A stretch of DNA of 64,000 nucleotides from an uncultured Acidobacteriota bacterium (GCA_963796275.1 CAWCKY010000003.1:896001-960000); one strand, 5' to 3'; shown: positions 1 through 9,781, counted from the first letter of the stretch. Numbers and translations are program-made. Notes: generated from the letters alone by a model not told the origin.

Positions 1-1
1 T

Positions 2-631
2 CACGTCTTCGCGCGATTCCAACAAGCAGACGATGCGACGACGCGGCAGCACGGCGGACTGGGGTTAGGGCTTGCCATTGTGCGCCATCTGGTCGAGGCG
101 CACGGCGGGCGAGTCAGCGCCTCTAGTGAAGGAACAGGCCAGGGCGCCACCTTTGCGGTGACATTACCGCTGATCGCATTATCAAATTCGGATTACGAAC
201 CGCAAAATAAAGATTCGACTGAACAATCCGCGATTCTCACCGGCTTGCGGGTGCTCGTGGTGGACGACAGCTCCGACGCGCGCGCGTTGTTGAGAATGGC
301 ACTTACGCATCGCGGGGCCGAAGTGAGAATCGGCGACTCGGTGCGAGCCGCCCTCGACATTCTGAAACAATGGCGGGCGGATGTGCTGGTGAGCGATATC
401 GGAATGCCGGACGAAGATGGTTATGATCTCATCAGGCAGGTGCGGTCGCTGCCGGTCGATCGCGGGGGAAATATACCGGCTGTTGCTCTCACCGGGTATG
501 CCAGCGCAGGGGATTCTGCCCGCATCCTCGCAGCGGGCTATCAGATGTTCGTACCCAAGCCGATCGATCTGGACGAGCTGGTAGGAGTAATCGCGAGCGT
601 CATCGAACACGTCCGCGTTAGCGCGGGCTAG
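2..631 (+). CDS. Hybrid histidine kinase/response regulator, C-terminal part (5' end outside window)
   Basis: Frame is open from base 2: [36 protein letters not shown] (HATPase F/G2 boxes), then a REC domain (VLVVDD, SDIGMP, KP). Confidence 0.93.
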   Translation, partial: HVFARFQQADDATTRQHGGLGLGLAIVRHLVEAHGGRVSASSEGTGQGATFAVTLPLIALSNSDYEPQNKDSTEQSAILTGLRVLVVDDSSDARALLRMALTHRGAEVRIGDSVRAALDILKQWRADVLVSDIGMPDEDGYDLIRQVRSLPVDRGGNIPAVALTGYASAGDSARILAAGYQMFVPKPIDLDELVGVIASVIEHVRVSAG

Positions 632-662
632 TAGATATGGTAGCGGTTGACCGGCTCCAAAT

Positions 663-1253
663 TTAAATCATTTCTTTACGCGAATGTTGAGCACGCGCGG
701 CACCAATCGCCGATTTTACATTTTTCTCCGCCTCTGGAGGCGGCAACACTGCCCGCATTCCCAATGAAGCGATCCACAACTCGCGGCACCAACCCATACC
801 GTGATAAAGATGTTCGTCTTCTTGTTTCTCGACCTCGTTACACGCCTCTCTGAGGGCTTTTGCTTCTTCTCCTTTAGCCTTCTCAGCACAAAGCGAGAGG
901 AGTTGCCAATTGGCATGGTCTTTGGTTTCAGCCAGCACTACAGACTCGCAAGCGACAATCTCTGCCATTTCAGGGGTTCCGCTTTCATGCGCCATTTCTA
1001 TCGCCAGCACCAGAGCGTCCCCGAGATGACGTATGACCTTACGTCCCGGGGAGTCTTGTTCCGGGTCGAGACGAAATTTTTCAAATAACTCGCCCAATAT
1101 CTCAACATGAAGATTCGTTTGGTCGAGATACTCTTCCCATTTTTTCTTCAGGTGCTTATTGACCGCGCATTTTAATGCGGTCTTGTATATCTGAACTCCA
1201 CCGAGCTCAGTTTCCAGCGATTGCAGCAAAAGTTCGTTCAGTTGTTGATTCAT
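663..1253 (-). CDS. Ferritin-like (DUF892/YciF-type) protein
   Basis: 196 aa helical ORF with carboxylate/His ligands ETE, ETKDH, EDEH; GAAGGAG RBS. Confidence 0.75.
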   Translation of the reverse strand: MNQQLNELLLQSLETELGGVQIYKTALKCAVNKHLKKKWEEYLDQTNLHVEILGELFEKFRLDPEQDSPGRKVIRHLGDALVLAIEMAHESGTPEMAEIVACESVVLAETKDHANWQLLSLCAEKAKGEEAKALREACNEVEKQEDEHLYHGMGWCRELWIASLGMRAVLPPPEAEKNVKSAIGAARAQHSRKEMI

Positions 1254-1374
1254 GTTTGTCTCCTTCGGTCGGATTCAACAAGTCATCACCATCCGCCGTT
1301 ATTAAAATATCGCCGCTTCCATTTTCCATCGTTTTCGCGAAGCACTACGACTGTATGGAACATGTGTGCGGAAA

Positions 1375-1527
1375 CTATAACGCCGCTCTACGCCCTGTGA
1401 TGAGATTGTAGACCAGTACAATCAGCGCAATAAGCAGCAGGAGATGTATGAATCCACCCAGTGTGTATGAGCTGACCATGCCGAGTAGCCACATAATCAA
1501 GAGAATTACAAAAATTGTCCAAAGCAT
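1375..1527 (-). CDS. lmo0937-family small membrane protein
   Basis: MLWTIFVILLIMWLLGMVSSYTLGGFIHLLLLIALIVLVYNLITGRR matches the family pattern; AAGGAGG RBS before ATG 1527. Confidence 0.9.
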   Translation of the reverse strand: MLWTIFVILLIMWLLGMVSSYTLGGFIHLLLLIALIVLVYNLITGRRAAL

Positions 1528-1561
1528 TTCATCCTCCTTTTTCCAACCAGTTATTAAGTAG

Positions 1562-1576
1562 GCAAGATTCAGACCA
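1562..1576 (-). promoter_or_regulatory. sigma54-type -24/-12 element
   Basis: TGGTCTGAATCTTGC (GG-N10-GC), 35 bp upstream of ATG 1527. Confidence 0.6.
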
Positions 1577-1795
1577 AAGGATTGGCAGACAGCTATTGCC
1601 GAGTAACACAGGCAAATTTGCTTCAATGGTTTATCGACGGGAATGTGCGAAGAATGAATAAGTTGGATTTGTTCTCGCCGTCTGTCTGAGCCTGATGCAT
1701 AAGTAGAGAGACGCGCGTTTATTGATGACCCGACCGATGATTATCAATGAATTGCCAGAACAAAGTTCAACAAACTTCGCCAAACAGCTGAGTAA

Positions 1796-1858
1796 TCAAA
1801 AGCAACGAGGCGCGCCGCGGTAATCGGTATAAGCTCCGAACCGCTAAGCGCGCCTCGT
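1796..1858 (-). terminator. Probable intrinsic terminator after SYLF gene
   Basis: 11-bp inverted repeat ACGAGGCGCGC (1805-1815) / GCGCGCCTCGT (1848-1858), followed by TGCTTTT on the minus strand. Confidence 0.6.
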
Positions 1859-1883
1859 CGTTGCTGACTAAACTAGAAGCTTG

Positions 1884-2651
1884 CTATCTATTGGCCTTGA
1901 TCTTGTTACGTGATGTATATCTCGCCAGTGTATTAGGGAATGTTCTGATTTCAGCCGGTGCGCTGACTTTGTTTTCTTGCAGCACTTCTTTGGCTGAGAC
2001 TTCCCGGCCATATGCGTCAAGCATATCATCTTTATCAGTTTTGATTACCACGCCTTTCAATTCCAAGCCGGCAAATAAGCCTTTACTGCGCGAGTATGAA
2101 AGCATCTGTGCATCGAATAATGCGTCGGTCGATGCGCCAGCTTGCCGTCCAACCGGCCCTGCTGCTACTGATGCGTCTCCGCCCAACTCGAATTTCGATT
2201 TAAGTAGAGAGGCGACTCCTTCCTTGTTCATGATCAACAAGACAAAATCAGTCGCCTGCGCTCCTATCTGTAACCCGAAACTACCTCCGCCGAGGTTCAA
2301 ATATATCGGTGCGCTCCAGCTATTGCGCACACGGCAACTCGCAACTCCGCGCCCGCCGCGTCCGCCGACGATGAACCCCGCCTTGAGTACGTCGGGAAAT
2401 ACAGCAACGCACTCGGCCTTCTCGAGGATGTTCTCAGGTATCGCTTTTTCAGAGACATTCATGATTTCGGTAAAGACTTTCGCGGCCTTGGTTGACTGCT
2501 CGATCTCATCTTTCATGTCACGCGCACCTTCGCCGCTCGTTTGCGTTTGCCCCTGTGTGTTATCTATCTCCGCTTTATCCTGTGCCAGCACATTACCGTA
2601 GAGAGCGAGAACGAAAACGATAGCTAAATTCGGCATTATTTTCCGTTTCAT
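1884..2651 (-). CDS. Lipid-binding SYLF/Ysc84-domain exported protein
   Basis: KAGFIVGGRGGRG, GGGSFGLQIG, AAGPVGR, YSRSKGLFAG motifs; signal peptide; GAGGAGG RBS. Confidence 0.92.
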   Translation of the reverse strand: MKRKIMPNLAIVFVLALYGNVLAQDKAEIDNTQGQTQTSGEGARDMKDEIEQSTKAAKVFTEIMNVSEKAIPENILEKAECVAVFPDVLKAGFIVGGRGGRGVASCRVRNSWSAPIYLNLGGGSFGLQIGAQATDFVLLIMNKEGVASLLKSKFELGGDASVAAGPVGRQAGASTDALFDAQMLSYSRSKGLFAGLELKGVVIKTDKDDMLDAYGREVSAKEVLQENKVSAPAEIRTFPNTLARYTSRNKIKANR

Positions 2652-2755
2652 GTTTAATCTGTTCCTCCTCAAATAATTTTTCCATTTCAAATGCATATAA
2701 GTTAACAGGCAATTACTATGCTACAACCTGTGAAATATAAGGTTCTTCCAATAAC

Positions 2756-2770
2756 TGGCATTAGTTTTGC
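2756..2770 (+). promoter_or_regulatory. sigma54-type -24/-12 element
   Basis: TGGCATTAGTTTTGC upstream of the DUF421 operon. Confidence 0.7.
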
Positions 2771-2895
2771 TAATCAATGGAGTGGAAGTTGTAGTTGATA
2801 TGACATAAACAAAAGCATGCGCAATTTCAACGCGAGCATACTCTGCAAGGTTGAGGCAACAAATCGATCAGCACCGAACGATAAGTGAGGGATGA

Positions 2896-3477
2896 ATGGA
2901 TACGCAAGAATTACTGATGACTGCGCTGCGAGCGATAGCTGTCTATTTCTTCGTGCTTATCGTCATCAGGCTTATGGGTAAGCGTGCGGTAGGTAACTTC
3001 AGCGCATTTGATCTGCTGGTAGCGTTGATGATCGGCGAGATCGTGGACGAGATGATTTATGGTGACGTGACGCTTCTGCAGGGAGGTATCCCTATCATCG
3101 TCATCGTGTTGTTACATGAGGCGAACGCCTGGTTGAGTTATCTGGGACACGGGTTTGACAGATTGCTCGAAGGCACACCGAGCATCGTCGTCAAAGATGG
3201 CGAGTTTCAGCGAAATGGTATGCGGAGAGAACGACTGAACGAAGCGGATGTGATAGCGCAACTGCGATTGCAGGGCATTGATGATTTGAGCGAGGTTAAG
3301 CTGGCAACAGTCGAGAATGATGGGCAGGTGAGCGTCCTTCGCCATCAATGGGCTGCGCCGCTTCAGAAAGCCGACCTCGGTGGCGAGGCGGCGAGGCAAA
3401 AGATAATTGCGACCGGCGGTCAAGGCGAGACATCACTGGCGCAAAAATATACCGGTTCGTCGAATATGCTCGGTTAG
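2896..3477 (+). CDS. DUF421/YetF membrane protein
   Basis: RLMGKR...FD, three TM helices, LRLQGI..L.EVKLA.VENDGQVSV. Confidence 0.9.
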   Translation: MDTQELLMTALRAIAVYFFVLIVIRLMGKRAVGNFSAFDLLVALMIGEIVDEMIYGDVTLLQGGIPIIVIVLLHEANAWLSYLGHGFDRLLEGTPSIVVKDGEFQRNGMRRERLNEADVIAQLRLQGIDDLSEVKLATVENDGQVSVLRHQWAAPLQKADLGGEAARQKIIATGGQGETSLAQKYTGSSNMLG

Positions 3478-3487
3478 AAGGGTGATC

Positions 3488-3997
3488 ATGGAGATATACA
3501 AAATTCTGTTGCGCGTAGTCTTCGGTTATATCTTTATCCTCATTCTGCTGCGTCTTTCCGGCAAGCGAGGTGTCGCGCGTGCGACAAGCTTCGATTTCGT
3601 CCTCGCGCTTATTCTCGGCGATCTGTTCGACGATCTCTTCTGGGCCGAAGTCCCGGCAAGCCAGTTCGTCGTTGCCGCTGGGACTCTCGTGTTTTTACAG
3701 GTCTTAATCGCGGTGGGAAACAGGATGAGTGAGTCTTTCTCGCGGATTGTCGGATTTCGGGAAGAGGTATTCATGCGCGATGGAAGATTGATCCGGACAG
3801 CAATGCGTCGCGAACAGATAAATGAACGTGATGCCGAGATGCTGCTGCGCCAGCCGGCGGGCATCGCCCGTGAAAGGTGGACTGAGGTCAAAATCGCCCG
3901 CATCGAGCATAACGGCAGACCCTCGGTGCTGAAGCACGAATGGGCGAATGATGCGCAGAAGAAAGATCGCGATATTCTGTTGGAGCTGAAGCTGTGA
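3488..3997 (+). CDS. DUF421/YetF membrane protein (second copy)
   Basis: LRLSGKR...FDF, EVKIARIEHNGRPSV. Confidence 0.85.
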   Translation: MEIYKILLRVVFGYIFILILLRLSGKRGVARATSFDFVLALILGDLFDDLFWAEVPASQFVVAAGTLVFLQVLIAVGNRMSESFSRIVGFREEVFMRDGRLIRTAMRREQINERDAEMLLRQPAGIARERWTEVKIARIEHNGRPSVLKHEWANDAQKKDRDILLELKL

Positions 3998-4425
3998 AAA
4001 CTTTGGTTTACTTATCGCTCACGATCGCAGCCGCATTAGCATTGATCGCTGCCATCGTTTTCGGTTTGGGTGATTCGACGACCTTCGTCCCGCCGCCGGA
4101 AGCAGTGGTCGAGAGTTTTGTGCATGAATTGGAGACGAAACGCTATAAACGTGCGATGTCTTATCTCAGTCCAGAATGCAGGGTGAAAGTCCATCCCATA
4201 ACATTGAAAGATTCGATGGAACGTCTCAAGCTAACTACTGGCGAAATCTCGGTAGTGCTTGGAGAAAAGGGCTGGATCCATGGCGATCGTGCCGAGGCGA
4301 GCGTAAAACTCAAAACTGAGTTGGCGGGCCGCGCTTCTCTCAAATTTACCTTGTCTCGCAGAGAAGGGATATGGTTAATCGGCGACCTTCGTTCGCTCGA
4401 GGCACCGGTGCTTGAAATAAATTAA
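3994..4425 (+). CDS. Hypothetical membrane-anchored protein (NTF2/DUF4878-like)
   Basis: GTGA overlap with upstream stop; N-terminal TM helix; PEAVVESF...REGIWLI pattern. Confidence 0.65.
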   Translation: MKTLVYLSLTIAAALALIAAIVFGLGDSTTFVPPPEAVVESFVHELETKRYKRAMSYLSPECRVKVHPITLKDSMERLKLTTGEISVVLGEKGWIHGDRAEASVKLKTELAGRASLKFTLSRREGIWLIGDLRSLEAPVLEIN

Positions 4426-4463
4426 CGCGCTTTCACCTCACCCATGGTATTCTGTGTTATAAG

Positions 4464-4513
4464 ATTTTTATGGCACATCTCCTTGCCATTTTTATGGCAC
4501 TCTCCTTGCCATT
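4464..4513 (+). promoter_or_regulatory. Tandemly duplicated sigma54-type element
   Basis: ATTTTTATGGCACATCTCCTTGCC then ATTTTTATGGCACTCTCCTTGCC; the second copy (4495-4509) is GG-N10-GC. Confidence 0.75.
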
Positions 4514-4624
4514 AGAAAATGCACCCATTAATTGATCTGAATTGTGGTTCCGGGGGGCATACATGTGTATGGAAAAGAGGCAGGCGAATTTTGCTTCGAG
4601 ATACAGAAAGGGGAAGAAGTGCAA

Positions 4625-6133
4625 ATGAAACGGCGATTAATTCGAATGTTTTTATCCGACAATCGGCTAATGCGATTGATTCCTTTCGGTTATCGGCTGA
4701 CACAATCGTTTCCATTTGGTTATCGGCTGACACGATCATTTGGTAATCGAAGACGCATGACACGAGAGATCGGATATAACCCGATTCTACCAGTGATTGG
4801 TGGGATCGGACTTGGCAGCGCTATTATGGCGCTTTTAGATCCTGTCGCTGGGAAGAGACGGCGAGCCAATGTGCGCGAGGGGATAGCATATGCACTGGAA
4901 AACACCAGCGGCACTTTTGGGAGGCGATCGGTGCCATTCGGTTATTGGTTAACGAGATCGATCCCATTCGGTTATTTGAGGCGCACGCCACGAGAAAGCG
5001 GGTATAACCAGGTTCTACCGGTGATTGGTGGAATCGGACTTGGCAGTCTGGTGATGGCTCTCTTGGACCCGGTTGCCGGGAGGAGGCGGCGAGCCCGCGT
5101 CCGTGATGAGATAACGCACGCCCTGGACACGAGCGGCACTATTGGGGCGACTGCGCGAGGGCTCGGTGAGAGAACGCGCGGGTTCGCGGCTCAGGCTATC
5201 TCGGTGATCAAGAAGGATACGCCGGACAAGGCTCTAGCGGGGCGCGTGCGATCTCGGCTCAGTCGTATAGTTTCGCATCCGCGGGCGATTGAAGTTTATG
5301 TTGATCAGGGTCGGGTGACGCTTGCCGGCGCGGTTCTTTCCGGTGAGGTCGGGCGGTTGCTCGATTACGTACGGAATGTGCAGGGTGTGCATACCGTAGA
5401 TAATCGTCTGGAATCTCACGACCGAGCCGATGTTCCGAGTTTGCAGGACGGAAATATGCGCGCGGGTCTGCGGTTTGATCAGGATAACTGGTCGCCAGCG
5501 ACGCGGGTGCTCTCTTCGTTGGCGGGTGGTGCGCTTATGGCTTACGGGATTCGCCGCAAAGGGTTAGCTGGAGCGGCGCTTGGTGTGATAGGGGCAGGGC
5601 TGGTTACGCGCGGAGCTACCAACAAAGGGATTAAGAACCTGATTGGTCTAGCGGAAGGGAATCGCGCCTTCGAATTTCAGAAGACGATCGACATCCAGGC
5701 TCCTGTCGATGCTGTTTACTCTTTCTGCAACGACCTGGCAAACTTCCCGCGATTTTTGTCGCGCGTGCGCGAGGTTGTTAGTAAGGGTAACGGCATTACT
5801 CATTGGGTTGTGGAAGGACCCACGGGTGGGAGTATTGAATGGGACGCAGAGATTACAAGATCTCTTCCCAATCGCACGTTAGCCTGGAAGAGTTTGCCAG
5901 ATATGGTGGTCGATCACGCTGGTCTAATCCGCTTTGATTCGAACCCCGATGGCAGCACACGCGTCGATATTCGACTATCTTACAACCCGCCACTGGATGC
6001 AGCCGGTCATCCCGCAGCTGAACGCTTCGGCACTAATCCGGAGAGTGAGATGGAGGCGGACTTGATGAGGATGAAGAATCTCATCGAAGCCGCAAATCAG
6101 CCAAGAGCAGTGGCTCAGAAAGATAAACGTTAA
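4625..6133 (+). CDS. BON domain + SRPBCC (cyclase/dehydrase) protein with duplicated N-terminal membrane module
   Basis: LLDPVAGxRRRA twice, BON (GRVTLAG...VQGVHTVDNRL), SRPBCC (NFPRFLSRV, IEWDAEIT, LAWKS). Confidence 0.88.
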   Translation: MKRRLIRMFLSDNRLMRLIPFGYRLTQSFPFGYRLTRSFGNRRRMTREIGYNPILPVIGGIGLGSAIMALLDPVAGKRRRANVREGIAYALENTSGTFGRRSVPFGYWLTRSIPFGYLRRTPRESGYNQVLPVIGGIGLGSLVMALLDPVAGRRRRARVRDEITHALDTSGTIGATARGLGERTRGFAAQAISVIKKDTPDKALAGRVRSRLSRIVSHPRAIEVYVDQGRVTLAGAVLSGEVGRLLDYVRNVQGVHTVDNRLESHDRADVPSLQDGNMRAGLRFDQDNWSPATRVLSSLAGGALMAYGIRRKGLAGAALGVIGAGLVTRGATNKGIKNLIGLAEGNRAFEFQKTIDIQAPVDAVYSFCNDLANFPRFLSRVREVVSKGNGITHWVVEGPTGGSIEWDAEITRSLPNRTLAWKSLPDMVVDHAGLIRFDSNPDGSTRVDIRLSYNPPLDAAGHPAAERFGTNPESEMEADLMRMKNLIEAANQPRAVAQKDKR

Positions 6134-6178
6134 CGGATAGTTTAGGAAAGATGGTGTGTGGGGGGGTGTTGGTGGTTT

Positions 6179-7918
6179 CTACGCTCGTAAGCCTGTCCGT
6201 CGGTGTTGCAACCAGCGGTCAAGTCTCGACCACGGCCAGGCATTAACTACCGAGCGTGCTTCAACCCACCCCCGCCTCGCCTGGAAGACGCCATAGCGAG
6301 TTTGCTCGAGCTGCGCGGTGCTGTGCGCATCGGAGTCGATGGCTAAAAGCGCGCCCGCATCCTGCGCAGCTCGCGCCAACACATCATTCAGATCGAGGCG
6401 GTTCGGCGAGCCATTTACTTCCAATGCCACGCCTGCCACGGCGGCTGTCTCAACGACGCGTTCGAAGTCGAAATCCACCGGCTCGCGGTTTCCTATCAGA
6501 CGTGTCGTCGGATGTCCAATTATGTGTACGTAAGGATTTGCGATGGCGTCGACCAGTCGCTCTGTCATTCGCTCTCTGCTTTGTCTAAAAGCTCCATGTA
6601 GAGAAGCCACTACGACATCAAGTCGCGCTAGTATCGTATCCGGATAATCGAGCCGGCCGTCGGCGAGTATATCTACTTCCGCGCCTATCAGGATGCGGGG
6701 ATTGCGCCTACCCCATCGTTTGCGCAATGCTTCGATTTCTTCGATTTTCCGTTCCAGCGTCTCCACATCCAGTCCGTGAGCGATGCGAGACGATTGCGAA
6801 TGATCGGTTAAAGCGATGTAGTCGCGGCCGAGTCGGGCTGACGCTTCAACCATCTCCTGGACGCTCGCTGTGCCATCAGACCATGTCGTATGCATATGCA
6901 GATCGCCGCGCAGATCGTTCTCAGAGATAAGATCGGGGAGCTGGTTTACCAGTGCAGCCTCCACTTCACCCCGGTCCTCACGCAATTCCGGCGGCACCAG
7001 CTTCATACCCAATGCGCGATAGACGTCCTCTTCATTTGCGCCGCCGATCCGTTTATCTCCGTGAAAGATTCCGTACTCATTGAGCTTCATTCCGCGCTCG
7101 CGAGCTATCGTACGTAAATGGACGCTGTGGCGTTTAGAACCGGTGAAATAGTGCAGTGCAGCTCCATAAGATTCCTGGGGGACCGCACGAACGTCTGCTT
7201 GCCAATTATTTTCGATGATAACGGTTGCCCGCGTTCCACCGAGAGCAGTCACCCGGTTGATCGATGGCAGTTTGACGAATTCACGTAACGCTGCTTCCCC
7301 ATCTTTCGAGACGATCAGCAAGTCAATGTCTCCGACAGTTTCCGCGCGACGGCGGATCGAACCGGCGAGTTCAGCGCATTCTACGAGTCTGATATTTCGC
7401 GCCTCATTGAGCAATTTTTCGGCCAGCGGCAGAACTATGCCGAGCCGCCGCCGCTGCAGGCTGGATTGATAGAGTTCGATCCCTTGACACAGATTCTCTA
7501 CCTTCTTTGCGCCAAACCCGCGCAGTGTCTGCAGCGAACCATTCTCAATCAGGCGCTTAAGGTCGGAAAGATTTTTGATCTTGAACTTTTTTTCCAGCAG
7601 CGCCAGCGTCTTAGGTCCCAGGCCAGGGATATCCATCAACTCCAGCAGTTCCTCGGGAACATCGTTTAATTCCTGCTCGCAACGACGGATGTGCCCCGTC
7701 TCGATGTACTCTTCTATCATCTCCGAGAGGTCCTGCCCGATTCCCGGAATATCCTGAAGCTTTTTTTCACGCGCCAATGCGGTGAGGTCTTGTTTCCAAC
7801 CCCTCAGGGAACCGGCGGCGCGCTCGTAGGCTAACGCTCGGAAGCGATCCTTGCCTTTAAAGGAGAGCGCGCGCGCCATCCGGTCGAAGATTTCTGCGAT
7901 CTCCTGGTTTATCATCAT
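6179..7918 (-). CDS. polX: DNA polymerase/3'-5' exonuclease PolX (PolX + PHP)
   Basis: HhH IPGIG/IPGLGPK, AGSIRR, GDID, HYFTGS, LNEYG, PPELRE, DLHMHT, DSDAH. Confidence 0.96.
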   Translation of the reverse strand: MMINQEIAEIFDRMARALSFKGKDRFRALAYERAAGSLRGWKQDLTALAREKKLQDIPGIGQDLSEMIEEYIETGHIRRCEQELNDVPEELLELMDIPGLGPKTLALLEKKFKIKNLSDLKRLIENGSLQTLRGFGAKKVENLCQGIELYQSSLQRRRLGIVLPLAEKLLNEARNIRLVECAELAGSIRRRAETVGDIDLLIVSKDGEAALREFVKLPSINRVTALGGTRATVIIENNWQADVRAVPQESYGAALHYFTGSKRHSVHLRTIARERGMKLNEYGIFHGDKRIGGANEEDVYRALGMKLVPPELREDRGEVEAALVNQLPDLISENDLRGDLHMHTTWSDGTASVQEMVEASARLGRDYIALTDHSQSSRIAHGLDVETLERKIEEIEALRKRWGRRNPRILIGAEVDILADGRLDYPDTILARLDVVVASLHGAFRQSRERMTERLVDAIANPYVHIIGHPTTRLIGNREPVDFDFERVVETAAVAGVALEVNGSPNRLDLNDVLARAAQDAGALLAIDSDAHSTAQLEQTRYGVFQARRGWVEARSVVNAWPWSRLDRWLQHRRTGLRA

Positions 7919-7922
7919 CTGG

Positions 7923-8591
7923 TCAGCGATATGGTGTATAAGTCGGCTCAGAGATCGCACAGATCATGTCAGCCATTGCCCGCCGCTCACCGCGCCCCTG
8001 ATGGGAGCCGGCGTGACGCAACAGGTCGGCCTGACTAACGATGCCGATCACCTGGTAGCGGTCGTTCACGATCGGCATACGGCGAATCTGATGACACGAC
8101 ATCAGCCACATGCAATCCTTGATCGGCTCATTCGCAAGACAGGTGAATGATTCATTCGTCATACACTCGTCCACCCGCGCCCGCCGTGAATCCTTGCCCC
8201 TCCCCGTGATTCTGACGGTCAGGTCTCGGTCGGTCACCATTCCGATGAGCCTCCCTTCGTCGTCCACCACAGGCAGTGCGCCGCAGTTGCATTCTCCCAT
8301 TAGACGCGCGGCCCACTCGACCGTGTTGTCGGGATGGACAGTTATCACGTTGCGCGTCATGACATCGCCCGCCCGCACGTGTTCAAAATCGCGGCTCGCG
8401 GGCGTATGGTTTACTCCGCGGTAGGGTTGCAAGCCACGGCGAATATCTTTACGCCGCCGCAACTCCGCCTCTTCATCACCGAACCACGAGCGAACTTCAT
8501 CGCCTACCCGTTCCATCAGACCGCGGTCTTTATAATAACCGCTGTCGTTGAGGCCACGGTCGTAATTACGATTATTCTGGCGTGTAACCAT
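7923..8591 (-). CDS. CBS-pair protein with N-terminal SWFGD motif
   Basis: DEVRSWFGDEEAE..RR; two CBS repeats (LPVVD..GRLIGMVTDRD, IRRMPIV..IGIVSQAD). Confidence 0.9.
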   Translation of the reverse strand: MVTRQNNRNYDRGLNDSGYYKDRGLMERVGDEVRSWFGDEEAELRRRKDIRRGLQPYRGVNHTPASRDFEHVRAGDVMTRNVITVHPDNTVEWAARLMGECNCGALPVVDDEGRLIGMVTDRDLTVRITGRGKDSRRARVDECMTNESFTCLANEPIKDCMWLMSCHQIRRMPIVNDRYQVIGIVSQADLLRHAGSHQGRGERRAMADMICAISEPTYTPYR

Positions 8592-8609
8592 CTCGTACCT
8601 CCTTGTTGC

Positions 8610-9416
8610 CTACTTGCTGGTTGTTCCGGTCGGCGACGGAGAGGCGGCCGGCGTCCCCGTGTTTCCGACGAGCTGGTCGTCAATCTTGATCAGCTCCAGT
8701 TTCGGAGCTCCCTGAACTTTGCCAGCTATGACGTAGGTATAGATGTGACCTGCCTCCAATGTCACGTCGGGCACCGTCAGCAATGCGACCGTTTTACCCT
8801 GCGGCCAAACTTCGAGTGTGGCCGTCATCGGATCAACTTCGTTGTAGAAGGTGACTGTCTGAGGATTCACACCCTCGAAGGCTTCGTTCGAGCGGCCTTT
8901 CAGGAAGACATTCAACTCACCCGCGTCGGGCGAGGCATTGATGACGCGCACGCTCGCTTTGCCCGAAGCCGGCGGCGTCAATTTGTCGCCTACCACGCGC
9001 AAAATCGGTTTGCCATCTGTCGAAGGCATGGCGATCGCCGTGTAATGATCGCCGCCACTGATGCCTTCTCTGTTCTGTGCCAGCGGCTCTGTGCTGTCTT
9101 TGCCGGCCGGCCTGATCGCGAACTGCTCTTGCGCATCGGCCACTTCCTTGTACGGCGTCACTGTCTTGTAAGCGACGTTGTTGAACTCCTTATTGTTTCC
9201 GATGTAGGCGTCCATCACCGCTAAGTCGGGGAGCGCTTGAACGACGCGTACCAAAGCCTTGTCATGCTTCTCGGCATCTTTTGCCGATGGTGCGCTCGAT
9301 CTACCTTTCTCGGTAGTAGTTGTAACCGATTCCGTTCGTTCCGATTCAGACGTGCAGGCTGCCGTAATCAACACCGCGATCGCGATGCTCATATAAAAAA
9401 TTTTCTTGCCTAACAT
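8610..9416 (-). CDS. DUF4397-domain lipoprotein
   Basis: Lipobox TAAC; two repeats VRVVQALPD / VRVINASPDAG. Confidence 0.85.
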   Translation of the reverse strand: MLGKKIFYMSIAIAVLITAACTSESERTESVTTTTEKGRSSAPSAKDAEKHDKALVRVVQALPDLAVMDAYIGNNKEFNNVAYKTVTPYKEVADAQEQFAIRPAGKDSTEPLAQNREGISGGDHYTAIAMPSTDGKPILRVVGDKLTPPASGKASVRVINASPDAGELNVFLKGRSNEAFEGVNPQTVTFYNEVDPMTATLEVWPQGKTVALLTVPDVTLEAGHIYTYVIAGKVQGAPKLELIKIDDQLVGNTGTPAASPSPTGTTSK

Positions 9417-9615
9417 GATTTCTCCTCACTGCCTCAACTACGTCCTTCGTTGGTCTTACCATTCTCAAAGGATATGGTTTCGGCTAAAAAATCTGCCTTA
9501 ATTCCTCTACAAATCGTATCCGCCTCGGACAATGCATTGCATGAATCAGAGACAGAAGGCCTAATTCGGACATAAATGCCACTATTCGGCCTTGATTTTT
9601 ATCTGGTGATATATC

Positions 9616-9630
9616 GCAAGGCTAATGCCA
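9616..9630 (-). promoter_or_regulatory. sigma54-type -24/-12 element
   Basis: TGGCATTAGCCTTGC upstream of the DUF4397-CBS-polX unit. Confidence 0.72.
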
Positions 9631-9724
9631 TAACCCGGCAATCTGAGGCTTTGCGTGAGAAATCAACAGGCTGAAATCAGGATTTAATTCCAGATAAACC
9701 TATGCGTCTCCCCTGCCGGATTTG

Positions 9725-9739
9725 TGGCGAAGGACTTGC
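9725..9739 (+). promoter_or_regulatory. sigma54-type -24/-12 element
   Basis: TGGCGAAGGACTTGC, 43 bp before ATG 9782. Confidence 0.65.
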
Positions 9740-9781
9740 GTTGTTAACTTGCGTTGATAATCGGAGGAAGGAGGAATTTAT

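Noticed and set aside
8334-9224. Long antisense ORFs (also 1861-2601, 20304-21161 and others)
   Set aside because: They are shadows of well-supported genes on the opposite strand and show no recognisable motifs.
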